Position numbers and translations under genes: made by a program
The notes under the pieces: generated by a model
What the model was told of the DNA's origin: nothing
Databases searched by the model: none
What the model saw: the letters and a program-made list of their open reading frames with translations, nothing else
From: Takakia lepidozioides
Taxonomy: Eukaryota; Plantae; Bryophyta
Assembly (NCBI GenBank): GCA_030704615.1
Contig: CM060733.1
Location: 8,308,001 to 8,372,000, forward strand
Length of the DNA: 64,000 nt
Reading direction: 5' to 3'
Part shown: positions 24,940 to 45,665 of the stretch, piece by piece
Position numbering within the stretch: the stretch's first letter is position 1
Layout of the letters: the number at the start of each line of letters is the position of its first letter

Positions 24940-27900
24940 GATTAAACGTCTGACTAGATAAATTCATTTTTCATAAGTTTTCTTTTCCATCCCTAAAAGT
25001 GAACAACACTTGAAAAAGCCTCGAAAAAAGTAGTATATTATCTGCCCCACACCCTCTACGGGTACCCTGCACCCAGGTGTGGATGGTGTAGTGCACCAAT
25101 CTGGAGTGCTCCGGGTGGAATTGTCTTCCGTGCACGCTAGACATTCCCATTTAAAAAAGTATGGAAAGAGATGGACGGGACAGCCACATTAACAAAAGAT
25201 GGCGGCTCCGTATTGTAGGGGGCATGCAATACGAGTGGGGTTTTCCCAACATCATTGTCGAATTTCATCCCTCCCCAGCATTCCTTCCACAAAAATCTCC
25301 GAGTCGGAACTCCTGTCGCAAAGAAGCACACTGTAACGCCCGCATATGTGGGTAGGGCATACACACCAAAGTGCACATGTTGGCCGGCCCCATGGGAGCC
25401 CTTCTTCAAGCACCTAAATTATTTTCATTTTGAGGGGACGCCCTAATCATGCCTGTTTGCCTACTTACTGGCCACGTGGCAGACCAACAATTAGGTTTCA
25501 CCACGGGGTAAAACAGCGACCCATGTGCGGCCGATTCGTCGATTCCGACTTTTTTTGGTATGATGGGATCCAGAGTTTTAAAATTATTTCGATTAAGTGA
25601 ACGTTTTGGACACTCCCGCTATTTATCCCATATCGCACAGCGCTGCAGCACAGCGCACAATAATGTCACAGCGTCCAGCCCTGCATGCCCTCAGTGTCGA
25701 GCTGTCCTCCTTTCCGCGGTCACCTGCCACCCACCTGTTCCAATTGCAATCCCGGTACGGTGGCCACCTCTGCGACCGGTCGCAGCCTGCGGCGCTCCCG
25801 GTCCCCTAGCCCTAATCTTTTCGACCCCCTCCGTTCATCTAGCAACCACTCATCCATCCATACCTTCACTCATTCTAGTATCACATTCACATAGATACTT
25901 TGTCTCGGGCCTGCTGGGAAATAAACACCCCTTTCTGTGGAAAGGCATACCTAACCCATGAATTTTGATGGAATCAAATGTTTCGTGGTACTGTGCTGAA
26001 ATCGGCATCCATGTGTACTCATCATAGTCCTACAAACATTCCACGCACAAAACAATGTCCAAACGTCGAACTAATAATTATCCCATATCGATTGCACAGG
26101 TGATTGCACAGGTGTTCTGGGACCCGGGAAGAAGGGCGGCAAGCGGAAATACGTGCGGGGCCCGCACGGGCGGGCCCACACACCGACCACCGCGAAGAAC
26201 CGGCCGGGCAGCCCTGCAGCAGCCCGGCTGCAGGCCCACGCCACGCCTACCGCGCCCGTCTTCCGCCTGCCACCCCACCGTGGCCGGTACCGGTTGCTGT
26301 CGCGCGGGACGCGGCAGCCGTTATGTGTGCTGCCCCACGCCGTGCCCCGTCTCCCCGCGCCCCGACAGCTCCCCCCCACGTCATCCGTCCGCTGCACTTG
26401 AACGGATAGAAACGGCCTCGCGGATGAACAGCATCTCATCACTGACTGCAACCCCTCGGTAGCGTGGTGGATGTGGATGAAAAGTTAACTTCATCCATAC
26501 CTTTGTCAGTACCACTGTACGACTTAACCGTGGGCAGTGACGGTGTCGTCCGGACATGACGGCAGCGTGACAGCCAAGCCACGGCAGCTCTGACGCCGGC
26601 CACCGTGCACCCCGACACTAATCTGCCGGGAACCGCTACGTATCCCGGGCGCCGAGAATAGTGACACACCTAATTCCGGGACCGCCGAGATCCCGTTCCC
26701 GCGCTTTGGCCTTAAACGTTCCCACCGCCCTCGCTCTTACTATGTAGTCACTAACTCAGTGCTTTTAGTAAGTTCCTGCAACTTACGAACTTTCTGCACT
26801 CTAGTTAATAACCCTAACCCGTGGTCGGGCTACATAGTATAGCCAGGTTTAGCCGCAGGCAAAGTGGAAGAGACGTGGCGATACGCAGTGGGTTGCATGG
26901 GAAAGTTACGTGCAGATGCTTTTGACATTCGAGTGAGTAAATAAGTGTTTGTCGTGATTAAGCAGGGGGTGTTGTTTAGGGTATTAAGGGCCGCCGCCGA
27001 CTTAGTTGACCTTCCATACCTCATATGATTGTATTTATGTTGTGGGTTTTTTAGGTTAGACAGAGCTGGGTTGGTTTTATGATATGAGAGAATCCGACAG
27101 ATGTAGTAATAGTTATAGTCAAATCTTCCAGCAGTCCGGCAGCGAGTGGAGCACAACCAAAAGTGCCGTCAAGTTTGACATTCCGAGGGGATGGGTTTTA
27201 TATGTGGGAGAGCAGTAGAGCGAGACATATCGATGGCTCTGACAGGGCTTGCTCTGCAGACGACCTGACTCCCACCTCTCTACTCTCTACATTATATATG
27301 TATGTGTATCTGTTATTCTAGGTCTTGGGAAAACGGCACGGATTGCTTGTGGGTATTTGTCAGTTGAACTTTTTCAGTTACAAATATCGATGGCCCATGG
27401 GTTTTTATTTTTTTAGAAACGTATATAGGAAGGAAATCGGGCAGAGAGTGACAGCTCACAATTCAGATCCTTTACAGGGATAGATTTCTTTTAGAAAGGA
27501 AGGAAAGTGGCCACAACTTAATTATTAGCCAATAAGTGAATAAATAGAATATTAAACGCCCTTCCTAAACAACACTTTTTCTTTTATTTATTTATTTATT
27601 TTGTTTCCAGTGCACCACTGGACCTTGAGGGGGAAAATAAACCCCCTTTCTGAGCCATGGAGGCATTACAGGGGCAGAGCCCCAGCACCAAGGCAGAGAG
27701 ACCACTTTTATATGTTAGGCTTGACGCTGAACGCATTGTATTTTGTGGTTGTTATTAGCAAAACTTACCATTATTAAGGATTAACCAGCAGCTAAAAAGG
27801 CTTTGAGGGGTAGGTGCCAGAAGGGAGAATCTGCCCAATATTTTTCTATGGTACCTTTCGTTCTGCCCTTGAATGGACGTTGAAAAAACCCATTACATAA

Positions 27901-28264
27901 CTAAACATGTCCATAATAACCCATGCGGAGACACTTGCTTGGTACCTTCTCAGTTCCTCAGTAGCAATTTTGTCTTTCAGCTACACCAGGAAGGATTCTC
28001 TGAAATGGGATTTCGTTGAAGTGCGAAATTTCCTGGAGCTCCCTGAAGTGTATGATGCTAGCTGCTGGATGTTGCACAATTTGACAAACATTACCAGGAC
28101 TCGCACAATATTTGATAGTTCAGGGGCTTTCTAAAGATATTGATGCCAACTCTCCCCCTGAAGAAGACCCAGCAATCCACAGTGGAACACATGCTTGGAT
28201 GATGGATATTGTCGCGATTGCTACTCTCACTCGCTCCATATTAGACACAGACAGGACATAAGAC

Positions 28265-28328
28265 GAGAGAGAGAGAGAGAGAGAGATTGTACTCATAAGA
28301 CGTTGTTTGCCGTAGCCTTGTGGCCATT

Positions 28329-28363
<35 letters not shown>
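28265..28363. repeat. Two (AG)n microsatellites just downstream of the PSA2 stop
   Basis: AG runs at ~28265-28286 and ~28329-28363. Confidence 0.9.
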
Positions 28364-28364
<1 letters not shown>

Positions 28365-28503
28365 CGGGGCAATAGCTGTGGTAACCTATCAGAAATATCA
28401 ATGGAGATGGCGTTCATACTGGAGTAATGAACACACCTGAATGCTAGAAGTAGGAGATAGTCTCACTCATCCACCATAATAGAAGTGCAACTCAACAAAT
28501 TTG

Positions 28504-36532
<8,029 letters not shown>

Positions 36533-36696
36533 CTCCACCCACTGCTTGCAAGTATCTTCGCACTTTTACATCATCTAAAATGTGAAGCCAGCACTGCCCA
36601 TACATTTGCTAAGCAAGCATGTTGGATTATCATATCCCTGAACTAAATCATCTTTTGCTCGAGAATATCCTCTCATATTCTCCCCTCAGTTTTCGA

Positions 36697-37815
36697 AATC
36701 GATGATGTTGACGTATCCACATCCAAATTCCATGGTGTCGTGTAATGCCTTTTGCTCACCACCGGAAAGACGAATCCCGACACGATTGCTCGTACTAAGT
36801 TAGTGTGCTTGAGAAGAGGCAATCTGAACTGAAAGAGCTCCTTCACAAAGACTATGGAAATGCAAGACATTGTACAAATTGTAATGGGAATGAGCAGCCA
36901 TAGCAGTTCCCACAGTGAGCATGGAAGCCACCGGGGCGTCCTCCACATGTTCTGGAGGAGGCCTGGGGTAGCCTGACAAGCTTCCCCTGGGCTACACTGC
37001 TTGCAAGCCTGTGCTAAGAGATTCAAGAAGGGGTGGCCTGTACACTCTGTTGGGGAACACTGTGCAGTCTTCGAACCGCATTGCATTGAGATTTGAGTTA
37101 AAACAGCTGGAGATCCATGGCTAGGCTGTGGAGAGTAGAGGAAGCTTATGGAGGAGGAATCAGCAAGGAGGCCACAGATGGAGTTATCCAAAAAGCCGAA
37201 TTATAGACGTGGAGAAGGTTTGGAACAAGTATTCTGCAGACTCCAGTCAATGGTGGGATAATTGAGGTAAGAAGGTGATTTCTCGTTATCTTACAGCAGA
37301 AGCCGATAACAAGATGCTTTCACAAAAGTTCTGGGGACATTAATGGTAATTGTGAGGGTCTCTTTCTATCTCGGCTCTCAACCCCCACACACACCATTTT
37401 GTTCCTTGGCCAATCTCTGTCGACCCCTGTGGATGTCAATGCTGGATTTAAGTGGACATCCCTTGTTGTCAGGTTGTTCAGTTGGGTGTGGATTGGCAAA
37501 TGAGACTATTTTTGCATACTTTTCTATACCCTGGTGGGTTGAAAGCCCACTACCGACCTGGAAAGTTTAGTACTCCAACGGGGGTTAGTCCTGTATGGCT
37601 AACCTGGAGCCAACATTGCAACGATATTCTCTTTCTCCCCTCTCACACACTTTTCTGCAGTCCTGTCACCAATTTGGCATGGGAGGTAGTATTTGGGCGG
37701 TAGGGTGGGTTACTCACAGTTGTTTTTGTCAGGGGATCTATGCAGTTATGTTGTGGCGGCAAGGATTGCTGAAGAAGGCAGGAATGAATTGAGGGTGCAG
37801 ATCCATCCTAGGGGA
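36697..37815 (+). repeat. Copy 1 of a ~1-kb direct duplication (copy 2 at 42241-43214)
   Basis: Long near-identical collinear stretches from AATCGATGAT.TTGACGTATCCACATCCAAA to AGATCCATCCTAGGGGAC; the ORF track also shows paired similar ORFs. Confidence 0.9.
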
Positions 37816-38260
37816 CATGCCCATCATGGGTAGGGCAGGGAAGCCCTGGATTTGCTTACACAAATGCAGCAGGAAGGGTTGAAGTTGAATAGTATCACAT
37901 TTGTATTTGTTCTCTCTGCATGTAGCCATGTGGGCCTGGCAGACACTAGTGGGACTCTCTGACTCGAGATCATGGCCTCAGTCCTACGCCAGGAACATTT
38001 CGGCTGCATGGTGGACCTTCTTGGCCGTGCAGGGCATTTGAATGAGGCAGGGGAAATCATCTTCAGAATGTCAACCGAATCAGATGCTGTCGTGTGGAAG
38101 GCCTTGCTTGGTGCCTGCAGATTCCATGGTGATGAGGTGGCAGAAGGAGCAGCAAAATGCCTTCATAAGTGGGATCCACGGGACTCTGCAACTTATGTGT
38201 TGCTGTCAAACATCTATCCTGCACATGGGAGGTGGGAGCATATTACAAAGGTGAGGTCGA
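37730..38260 (+). pseudogene. PLS-class PPR protein remnant (last repeats plus E domain)
   Basis: HGHAHHG*GREAL, ITFVFVLSACSHVGL, EHFGCMVDLLGRAGHLNEA, VVWKALLGACRFHG, ATYVLLSNIYPAHGRWEHITKVRS. Stops and frameshifts upstream; apparently interrupted at ~38260 and resuming near 42053 (MKAR...). Confidence 0.8.
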
Positions 38261-38430
38261 TACAAATTGCATCCAATTATTTCTGGCTAGCAGGAATATT
38301 TCGTGCAATTATGTGTTAGACTGCAGGCGTCCATGGATTGTGTAAAAGAGCTTGGAATTGCTCTTCACACAGTGAGGGTGGACTGGCAGCGTAACACCAG
38401 TCTAAGAGACAGAGGCGGGGTATAACTGTA

Positions 38431-41225
38431 GTGGCGGATCCACTGGCTTCACGGAAACCGCACGATAATGTTTCCCAAGCTCTTGTGCAGGATGGGGCAC
38501 AACAGCACAGAGAGCTGCTATTATTGGAAGCAGGGCCTTCAGAGAGAGAAGAGGAAGTCATTTCGATACCACAGCCACCACAACCAATTGACTCTGTTGT
38601 TTTAGAGGTTCCACAGTTAGTAAATGTTGTGGCATCACCCCCAATTGTTCTGGAAGGAGAAAGGTTGGACATTCCCACTACAGAGCAGGTCGTGGCCGAA
38701 ATTGAGAAGGGTGACCTTCTCTATGAAAATTCTGGCTTGGTAAGGGAAACAGTGATTCCAGAGGTGCAGCGGTTGTCCAGGGGAAACCCTGCTGTGCATG
38801 TAATACCCACACCTGTGACGGAGGTACCAGGGGTAGAATATCAAGACACTGCAGCACCTGTGGCGGATGAGGTGGTTCAGGAAGAAAATCTGGTGGGGCA
38901 ATGGCCTGAATGGTTCGTGAGGCATCACACTGTTGAGGATCAGGGAAAACAACAACAAGCTCACCATGATGACCCTCAGCAGGCCATGCTTATGAGTTCC
39001 ATAAGCAGGACACTTAATTTGTTGGGCACTTATGTGAAATCCCATGTTCCACTACCCAATTGGCAGCTTTGAGGGAGGAACTCAGGAAGGAGTTTGAGGC
39101 TCGACTTGCCACTGAGTGTGCAAACAAGGTCGATGAGGAGGTCAATCTCAAGTTACAGCAAGAGTTAGAGGATACAAAAGGTGCTTTGCAGTTGGCCAAG
39201 GAACAGTTGATTGAAGCAGGCTTCGCGCAGGACCAGTTGCACGAAGCACATAAGCAACAGCTATACCAAATGCAGGTGAAGCATGAGAGCAAGTTGCAAG
39301 AAGTGAATGCACTACATATGGAGTTGCAGACAGTACATGAGAGGATGACCATACAATGTGCTACACTCACAACTACTCTTGAGTAAACTACATTAGAAGT
39401 TAACAGACAAGGGGAGATATTAATGAAGGCAGAATCAGAGAATGTCAAGCAGTCGAAACTCATTGTTGATATGAAGAATACAATCTGTCGCAATGAGAAT
39501 ACTTTCAAGCAATACAGGTAGGTTGAAGCTGACCAAGAGAGGTACATCCTAGAATTGCAACAAACGGTCATGGTAAATAGAAATAAACTCTCTGTGGCTA
39601 ACAAGGCTTGGAAGGAAGCCAATAATCTGGCTGCTGCCTATGCGAGTTTGGTTGAACCTCATGCGAAGCGCATGGAGGCTTACAGCAGCAGTTAGATGTG
39701 TACAGGCTCAGAGAGGAGCAGACTCTCAGGGGTGCCACAAGCAACTTGATGGATAACCACCTTATGCAGGTCTGGTTAGCACAAGGGCCGGTGGAAGGCA
39801 AAACACCACGGAAGCTCACCCAGGGCGAGATGAATGAGCTCAGACTGCAGGTGCAGAACATTGCCACAATTACTATAGACAATGTCTATAGTAGGATAGC
39901 GGAGCTACAGGAGGATGTAGAAGGCCTGCAGACTCAGGTGGATGACCTGAGTTCAAATATTGACAAGAGAGTCTTTGTACCTGAGGAGCAACTGATGGCT
40001 ACTTATTTACAAGCCAGAATTCTAATTTTTCAGTCTTCTTCGCAAGGGGTGCAGGAGATGCCAGTGGTAGAATGGCCAATGCTACCAATACCACAACAAG
40101 TGACTGTGCAGGTAGCTGACTTTGTTGTTACTACAGCCACACCACAGTCTGAGGTATGGGGAGATAGTGCTTTTAACCCACCTAAGACTCCTGTTGCACG
40201 GGAGTACAGTCGGGCTATGATTATGCCCTTCAACCCAAATTCCCATTGTGTTGGATTTGGCTTGGAAGGAATTTAGTCCTCCGCAGTCGTTGGCACATTA
40301 CTACCAGATCATGCGCATTTGGCTGCCAGTGGCAACTAGGACTAAGGTTCTTCCGAACAATCGACCCATTGAGGATCATCACTTTGCGAGGTACTGGTCT
40401 GAAGCAAGTACCATGTTGAAGGAATTAATTGCCTTCCAAGTTGTACATGGGTACATTTATACCAAGACCAAGGAGGTAGCAAGTATTGTCATGGGCTGTG
40501 GATTATACTATGCTACTTGTTTTCTGGCACGTTATCACATTGAGCAACAGAAGATGCAATCGCAATTTCTGAGTTATTCCAATGGGGATCATTGGGTCCT
40601 ACCTTCAGTACCACCTCATATGTACCTATATGATGCAAAAGTTATGATGCAGAAGGATTCCCAACTTCGTTCATGGTTTCATTCGGCTTGGAACAATTTG
40701 ACAACACAGAAATTCGGCCCTGACGATATTTTCTTTAAGGGACATGAGGCATGGAAATACTTGCACTGTTCCCAAGTCATTGGCACACCTCTTACCTGTA
40801 CAGATAAGGAGTTCAGGACGTTCACTAATTTTGCATGCCAGCGCTTACAACAAGTTGTGCAATTTAAACTTCCAGATATGGTTGGACAACATTGTATGCC
40901 ACAGAGGATTCCACAAAAAGTTCGACCGTTAAAACACCTGAGGGGCGATGAGGATTCTGATACTACTATTTCTTCAGCGGACTCTTTTGACATGGCAGAG
41001 GACTATGCAATTCAGATGGCAGAGAAGAAACGAAGGGGATCTTCTATGCCTGAGAGGTTACCTCGTTATCAGCCAAAGGAGGGTCAGACATTTCCAGGTA
41101 GTGCTCAATCATCTCCGTCAACCAGTGACAGGCCTCGGGCTCGCACACGGAGTCCTTCACGAGACTCTCACCGTCAGCGGGTGCTCATTCACAAAGGTTT
41201 GCTCATCCCAAAAAGTAAACCGTGA
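38431..41225 (+). pseudogene. Large disrupted ORF of unknown function (acidic N-terminus, long coiled coil, aromatic-rich domain, RS-rich tail) inside an LTR element
   Basis: Consecutive same-strand ORFs 38431-39072, 39060-39386, 39698-40276 and 40248-41225, joined by frameshifts/stops; heptad-like E/Q/K/L composition at ~39060-39960; ends immediately before a PPT. Confidence 0.55.
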
Positions 41226-42053
41226 GGACACGGCTTTTTGAGAGGGGGAGGGGTAAATGTTAGAGGGCTGCTTGGGACTTTAACGCTTTTACAGGTTCTG
41301 TGGGGTACCCTTAATTTTTACACAGACTGAGATCAACAGGAGCCTTAGGGGTGACAGCAGCAGGCTTTAGGGGGGGGTTACACAGCCCGACACAACCCGA
41401 CACAGCCGTCACAACCAACACAGCCCGACACAGCCAGTCACAGCCGCCACAGCCAACACAGCCAGTCACAGCCCGGCACAACCGTCACAGCCCGACACAG
41501 CCTGATACAGCCAGTCACAGCCCGTCACAGCTTCACACAGCCCAACGCAGTTTTGCACAATTGTCACAGTACAGGGGGAACGGTTAACATGGACAGGGAA
41601 CGACTGTGAGGGAACGACGTCTGCAGAAGGAACGTGTTACTTCAGGGATGACGGTTAATTAGTTAGGTGGTTAGAACAGCTTATAGGGAGATAAAGCCAA
41701 GAGCGGGGACTCTTGGGGGGGACTGGGAGGATGACTTCTGCTTCTTAGACATCAGGGGAAGGTGAGACGGAGGGCACGATCTTGGAGCACAGGGATGACG
41801 ATTACACAGAAGAGGAGATGATGACTTGAGGGAGGTTATTTCATGCAGAGCTGTAGTGATACTGTAGGGCGGATTAGAGTCACTTTGACATTGGCCTAGT
41901 ACCTGATAAATCGTAATCTGATACTTATTCGATACAAGCACACTGTGTAGAGAGACATGAGTGAAGCTGTGAAATGAATGCATGATTAACTGGAACTAAG
42001 AAGATACTGAAGCAATCTGATGCTTCAGTATTAGATAAGGTAAATTGATAACA
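41222..42053 (+). mobile_element. Gypsy-type polypurine tract and 3' LTR
   Basis: CCGTGAGGACACGG hairpin, then GAGAGGGGGAGGGGTAAA (PPT), then TGTTA at 41258; candidate TAACA end at 42049-42053 (LTR about 796 bp). No matching 5' LTR seen in the window. Confidence 0.65.
41380..41545 (+). repeat. ~10-bp minisatellite (CACAGCCCGA / CACAGCCAGT variants) inside the LTR
   Basis: Directly visible tandem array of degenerate CACAGCC/CACAACC units. Confidence 0.85.
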
Positions 42054-42240
42054 TGAAGGCAAGAAGGAATACAAATGGGAAGCACAACCATGATTCACTA
42101 GCTGACAGGTCATCATGACTGATTGTACTGAGCGGGCTGAGTGCTTAGAGATATCCAACTCTTCTATCTTGGAGTTTCCACCTCGGATAGCGAAGGGATG
42201 GGTGAGTAAAAGCCGTTCGACATGGTGTACTATCGATCGA

Positions 42241-43214
42241 AATCGATGATATTGACGTATCCACATCCAAAATTTGCTCACCACTGGAAAGACAAATCCC
42301 GACACGATTGCTCGTACTACTAGTGGGGCTGAGAAGAGGCGAACAATCTGACCTGAAAGACCTCCTTCACAAAGACTATGGAAATGCAAGACATTATACA
42401 AATTGTAATTGGAATGAGCAGCCATAGCAGTTCCCACAGTGAGCATGGAAGCCACGGGGGCGTCCTCCACATGTTCTGGAGGAGGCCTGGGGTAGCTGAC
42501 AAGCTTCCCCTGGGCTACACTGCTTGCAAGCCTGTGCTAAGAGATTCAAGAAGGGGTGGCCTGTACACTCTGTTGGGTCTTCGAACCACATTGGACTGAG
42601 ATTTGAGTTAAAACAGTTGGAGATCCATGGCTAGGCAGTGGAGAGCAGAGGAAGCTTATGGAGGGGGGAATGAGCAAGGAGGCCATAAATGGAGTTATCC
42701 AAAAAGCCAAATTATAGACGTGGAGAAGATTTGGAACAAGTATTCTGCAGACTACAGTCAGTGGTGGGATGATTGAGGTAAGAAGGTGATTTCTCGCTAT
42801 CTTACAGCAAAAGCAGATAACAAGATGCTTTCCCAACATTACCATTAATGGTAATGGTAATGGTGATGGTCTCTTTCTATCTCTCTCAGCTCTCAACCCC
42901 CACACACGCCATTTTGTTCCTTGGCCAATCTCTGTCGATCCATGTGGACGTCAAAGCTGGATTTAAGTGGACACTGCATCCCTTGTTGTTAGGTTGTTCA
43001 GTTTTGTGTGGACTGGCAAATAAGACTATTTTTGCATACTTCTCTATACCCTGGTGGTTGAAAGCCCACTACCGACCTGGAAAGTTTAGTACTCCAGTAG
43101 GGATTACTCCTGTATGGCTAAGCTGGAGCCAACACTGGTAATGACATTCTCTTTTTCTCCTCTCACTCACTTTTCTGCAGTCCTGCCACCAATTTGGAGA
43201 TCCATCCTAGGGGA
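42241..43214 (+). repeat. Copy 2 of the ~1-kb direct duplication
   Basis: Collinear with 36697-37815, with small indels. Confidence 0.9.
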
Positions 43215-43479
43215 CCAGATTTCAAGTACAAAAGTACCAATGACGCTCTATGGATTGATGGCTACAAGTCCTCCATGGGTAAACGATCAACTGGAGCAGA
43301 AGCAGTACAACTGCTTGAATCAGGCACTTCCAGTGTGACCACATCTATCTTTTGAAAGAGAAGCAAGAGCGGGAGTCGACAACAAGTCTTCTCGCACTTG
43401 TGGGGATGTGAGGGCACTAGGCGAGGCAAGACAACTGAAAGGTGCATTGCACATTTTGAACCAAGGCAGTATTACGGCC

Positions 43480-44200
43480 AACTCCAATATTATGTCTGTC
43501 TCTTGCAGGAGTGCATCAAGATGAAAGGCCTAGCGGAGGGGAAGCAGATGCATGCCCACCAAACATCTTATTATTCAACACCCTTGTCAACATGCATGCC
43601 AAATGCGGGAGCATAGAAGATGCACTGACAAAATGCATGAACGAGATATGTATACGTGGAATACAAGTTGCAGGACATGACAAGGTAGGGATGCTTGGGA
43701 GACCTATGATCATTTAATGATACAAGAAGGCGTGACACCCAACCAAGTCACATCCATTGGCGTTCTGAAGGCTTGAACTGCCTTCCTTTCATTGCACAGA
43801 CTCCTTAATCTTCCTTCCCTCCGCCTCTCCCATATGCATACTTTCGCATGCTGCTTGTATATATGGTTCTGCCCTTCTGGAGTTTCTTGTTTTAATGCTA
43901 TGTATGACTGGACACTACCCTCGTTGAAATATATGCCAAATGTGGGAGCATTAGTAATGCCCATCAAGTCTTTGACAATATGGCTCAACGAGATCTGGTC
44001 TCATGGAGTGCAATGATTTCAGGATATGCCCAACATTAGCGTGGCAAGGAGGCTTTGGAGACTTATGAGCACATGATACGGGAAGGGGTGACACCCAACC
44101 AGATCACCTTTGTTTGTGTTCTCAATGTCTGGGAGTCCTGGAGAGGGGTAAAGAGGTCCATGCTGACATCATGAAATATGCCCGTATCATTCTGGACACC
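43480..44200 (+). pseudogene. PLS-class PPR protein remnant
   Basis: YVCLLQECIKMKGLAEGKQMHAH, FNTLVNMHAKCGSIEDA, LVEIYAKCGSISNAHQVFDNMAQRDLVSWSAMISGYAQH*RGKEALETYEHMIREGVTPNQITFVCVLN; several stops and frameshifts. Confidence 0.8.
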
Positions 44201-44691
44201 GAACCTTCGTGTGTGTGGTGACTATACACGCCCACCAAGTTTATTTCAAGGATTGCCAGGCGAGCAATTGATGTCTGGGATGCCAACCGCTTTCACCACT
44301 TCCGAGGATTACTGGCGAACGAGCAACATAGTGAAGTTGAAAACAATGCTCAATGTGACAGTACCATGGTGATGATAACGATTTAAATAATGATTCAAAC
44401 AGCAGCAGTGAAGACCTGGAGAACCTTATTGCAGAGGAGCTATTTGGATGGCTGAATGACATGAGCAGGTGAGTGCCTCTTCTATGCACTGAAAGCCTTC
44501 TCTGCCACACGAGCTGGCATCGTAAAGAGAAGCAAGACACAAGGTCCAAGCCCCAGTGCTCCAGCCTGGTTTTGGATATCCAGGGAAGCCAAGAGAGCCC
44601 CAATCTCTGTTACAAACAACTCCCCAATTGTATCCAGGGTGATCATTCCACACCCTGCACAAGGCCAAATACAACCCCAGGTGGCCTTTAA

Positions 44692-45665
44692 CCCCTAATG
44701 GACGAGGCTGTTTTTGGTGGGCCCACCCCACACGTGGACAACACATACCCTCACGGATGAGGGTATATCTCCCAGCTAACAAACATCCACAGGGATGAAC
44801 CGTATGAAAGGAAGGCTACCTACCTCATGCACCTGATGTAAGAGTTCCAGCCCATTTCACCGTGTCATTAGGAAGATTATAACAAAATGGTAAGCCATAA
44901 ATTTGTAGTATACTCCAATTTTAGAGGGAAAAAATGGTTTGACCAGGCAATTTTTACCCAAAAAAAAACATTTCCCTGCAAGACCCCACCCACATTCCAA
45001 TTCAGATGCACCTAAAGCATGTTGCCCCAAATTTGCAAAGCAAAATTCCTAAATCTGCATAGGGTTGCTTTGTATGGAAAACAAGGGGGTCAAAAAGCAC
45101 CATTTACCTCAATTGACCTGTAAATCAGCCATAGGGGTCCAAATTGGCATTGGAACCACAATTGCAACGGTGGAATTGTTCCTTGAATGAATTCCTACTA
45201 CCTCCAAATAATTTCTTCATTCTAACCAAAATGCAGGCAGAGATTTCAATTCCTACTTGAATCCCAGCTGAGGCCCTAGGCAGGTAGATAATTCCAGCCC
45301 AAAAAGGGGCCACATCATCAAAACCAATAAAGTCACGGGGCCTATTTTGTGTCGGCTCGTTTTTTGTGGGGCCCCGCGGCGCCCCTTGATACCACTCGCC
45401 GGCACATGCGGAGACCCAGCCCCATCTGCCTGCCACGTGGTAAAGTCAACCCTCTCAAACCACATGATTTTGGGTACCCAACGCACTCCAAAAAATCCTA
45501 ACGGCTGTCCTTGAGGATTTTTAGGGTGCCATCAACAGAAGGGGGCCGAATTAAATTTCCTACATCTTTCATTCAGGGTTCGATTTCATCCAAGTTCATC
45601 CCGATGGTTTTCATCCATTCGAATTTTTCAATAGACCCGGTTTAGGTCGACTCGTCCATTAGGGG
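44692..45665. mobile_element. Non-autonomous TIR element with CCC ends in a TTAA site (piggyBac-like MITE), 974 bp
   Basis: Perfect 15-bp TIR CCCCTAATGGACGAG (44692-44706) / CTCGTCCATTAGGGG (45651-45665), flanked by TTAA (44688-44691) and TTAG (45666-45669). No transposase ORF. Confidence 0.75.

Noticed and set aside
26055-26669. Cluster of overlapping ORFs
   Set aside because: A GC-rich stretch open in several frames, with Arg/Pro/Ala-biased translations and no domain.
36673-37191. 172-aa ORF and its 181-aa counterpart at 41925-42470
   Set aside because: Frames are not preserved between the two duplicate copies and the translations show no domain.
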